A stretch of DNA of 64,000 nt, taken from IMG/VR virus record IMGVR_UViG_3300021962_009794; one strand, given 5' to 3'. How positions within the stretch are numbered: position 1 is the stretch's first letter; the number at the start of each line of letters is the position of its first letter. A program made the position numbers and the translations under genes. The notes under the pieces are model-generated. The model did no database searches. It had not been told where the DNA came from and worked only from the letters and a program-made list of their open reading frames with translations. This DNA is from a virus (lineage: Duplodnaviria; Heunggongvirae; Uroviricota; Caudoviricetes). Shown in pieces: positions 62,856-64,000 of the stretch.

Positions 62856-64000
62856 TTATTCCGCAGTATTTGACGGATACCCCATTTCTCTGTGGAGTTT
62901 TTCGAATATCTCCTGCTGTTTTGATTCTTTTAAATACTTAGAAAGATCCCTAACTGTATCGAAATCCTTTCTATCTAAGGCAGCATCTATCAATCTCTCG
63001 ATCTCCCTTTTTGAAAGTTCCGAATAATCAACCTCTTCAGGCTCCGCTGGTGCTCTTCCTGGTGCTTCCTCAGATGGTTCGTAGTCATCGTCATTATCAA
63101 TACCTGCTTGTCCAAGCTCATATTTGCCAATTTCTTCTGCAATCTCATCAATGAACTCCTGTACAACAGGCTTAGCCTTAGGATCCTCATTAAGGATCAT
63201 GTACATAAGGTTAAGGAAATCCTTAGCATCCATTGCCATCATCTTACCGAAAACGTGTTCTCTTAGATTAGGAATATCGTCATATTCAGGGAATTGCGTA
63301 ATAAAGTCTCTAAGATCTGCGGCAATTTCTGGACCGTATCTAAGATCTTCGATCTCATCCGCTAATGAATCTGTGTTCATGATCACCGTTTCTGCTGTTT
63401 CTTCATCATCAGGAATACCTACTGCTGCGATAAGCTCATAAATACCCTTAACTGTCTCATGAAGTAACATAGCGAAATCGGTACCTAAAGCATTAATAGT
63501 AGGACCTGTTTGTGCGAATAGATCTTCAGTTTCTTCAGGAACCTCAGTATCGTCTTCCAATTCACCTAAGATCTTTTGTGCAAGCTCTTCTGAATCCTCT
63601 TCCTTGTCTGTGTTCCATTCAACTGTTACTGATCCACTGAATCCTGATTTATCTCTTGTCCACATCTCCAACTGAACTTCCATTGGGATTTGCCAATCAA
63701 AGAATCCTGCTATATCCGTGATTTTATTAAGGAGATCCTTGTATTCTGTTCCTTGCTCTTGACCTAAGATTCTAATTAAACCGTCTCTAACCTCAGGTAG
63801 ATTTAAACAAAGCTTAGTGTTTTTAGCTTCACCCTGAGTGATGTTGTTTGCGATCTTTCTTTTTTGAATTTCTGAAATGATATCAGCGTCCTTAAGTTCT
63901 TTAAGCTGTGGCATTTCTGGAGGTTCTGGCTGAACATTCTCCATAGATTTCTTAATCTGATCGTCCTTTGGGAACTTAATATTTAAAGTAACCTCCTCTA
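62856..64000 (-). CDS. large acidic hypothetical protein, 5'-partial, C-terminal IDEAL/UVR-like hairpin
   Basis: Frame stays open from 63944 to the window edge (EEVTLNIKFPKDDQIKKSM...); ends IERLIDAALDRKDFDTVRDLSKYL. Confidence 0.75.
   Translation of the reverse strand, partial: EEVTLNIKFPKDDQIKKSMENVQPEPPEMPQLKELKDADIISEIQKRKIANNITQGEAKNTKLCLNLPEVRDGLIRILGQEQGTEYKDLLNKITDIAGFFDWQIPMEVQLEMWTRDKSGFSGSVTVEWNTDKEEDSEELAQKILGELEDDTEVPEETEDLFAQTGPTINALGTDFAMLLHETVKGIYELIAAVGIPDDEETAETVIMNTDSLADEIEDLRYGPEIAADLRDFITQFPEYDDIPNLREHVFGKMMAMDAKDFLNLMYMILNEDPKAKPVVQEFIDEIAEEIGKYELGQAGIDNDDDYEPSEEAPGRAPAEPEEVDYSELSKREIERLIDAALDRKDFDTVRDLSKYLKESKQQEIFEKLHREMGYPSNTAE

Noticed and set aside
102-63441. The many antisense or overlapping ORFs in the track (e.g. 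354-662-, 2302-2739+, 12470-12856-, 22849-23268-, 23541-23828+, 34461-34739-, 35501-36013-, 59278-59691+, 63124-63441+)
   Set aside because: They lie opposite or inside well-supported genes, have shadow-frame composition and show no motifs or promoters.
1-64000. Eukaryotic giant virus (NCLDV) origin, suggested by MBD4, zincless Nei, PCNA-like clamp and eukaryote-like RNR
   Set aside because: tmRNA, the GH19/PG-binding endolysin, SLT, T4-type two-subunit topoisomerase, intrinsic terminators and Bacteroidota -7 boxes all indicate a bacteriophage.
1-64000. Stop-codon reassignment (code 15 or 4), as in some huge Bacteroidota phages
   Set aside because: Conserved genes are full length in code 11, and TAG (e.g. 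21835, 57838) and TGA (e.g. 2205, 46177) both act as real stops at tight gene junctions.
1-64000. Integrase, transposase, homing endonuclease, reverse transcriptase or Cas genes
   Set aside because: No ORF shows the corresponding catalytic motifs, so no mobile element is called.

Overview
This 64 kb window is part of a large, AT-rich, lytic T4-like ('jumbo/huge') bacteriophage genome that uses the standard genetic code. The host is most likely in the Bacteroidota: seven intergenic sites carry the Bacteroidota sigma-A -7 box TAnnTTTG (six exact, one TATATTTA variant), Shine-Dalgarno motifs are not evident, and the tmRNA is of Bacteroidota type. The window encodes replication genes (a family-B DNA polymerase split into two genes about 15 kb apart, a PCNA/gp45-like clamp, two-subunit topoisomerase II, RNase HII), nucleotide metabolism (nrdAB, adk, all-alpha dUTPase/dCTPase, thyA, thioredoxin) and DNA repair (zincless Nei-like and MBD4-like glycosylases, UvsE, MmcB-like nuclease). 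It also encodes many glycan/envelope enzymes (GT2-TPR, GT4-FkbM, GT4-Aah/TibC heptosyltransferase, LpxH-like, cytidylyltransferase, NodU/CmcH carbamoyltransferase), host-like metabolic genes (mgsA, thioesterase, speD-like), a RimK-RimB fusion, DnaJ, a tmRNA with a 25-aa tag, a degenerate tRNA and lysis genes (GH19 endolysin, SLT). The main leads are four. (1) A dispersed cytosine-hypermodification pathway: an Asp177-type thymidylate-synthase paralog, a dCTPase-like enzyme, a carbamoyltransferase/GTs and an MBD4-like glycosylase. (2) Eleven proteins, including adenylate kinase and RimK-RimB, that share a T4 capsid-targeting-like N-terminal peptide, usually downstream of a GATATATA motif. (3) A fixed-spacing T-tract/CCG/N11/TAnnTTTG promoter family. 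(4) A family of UVR-like micro-proteins. All family assignments come from motif recognition by eye; no database search was run.
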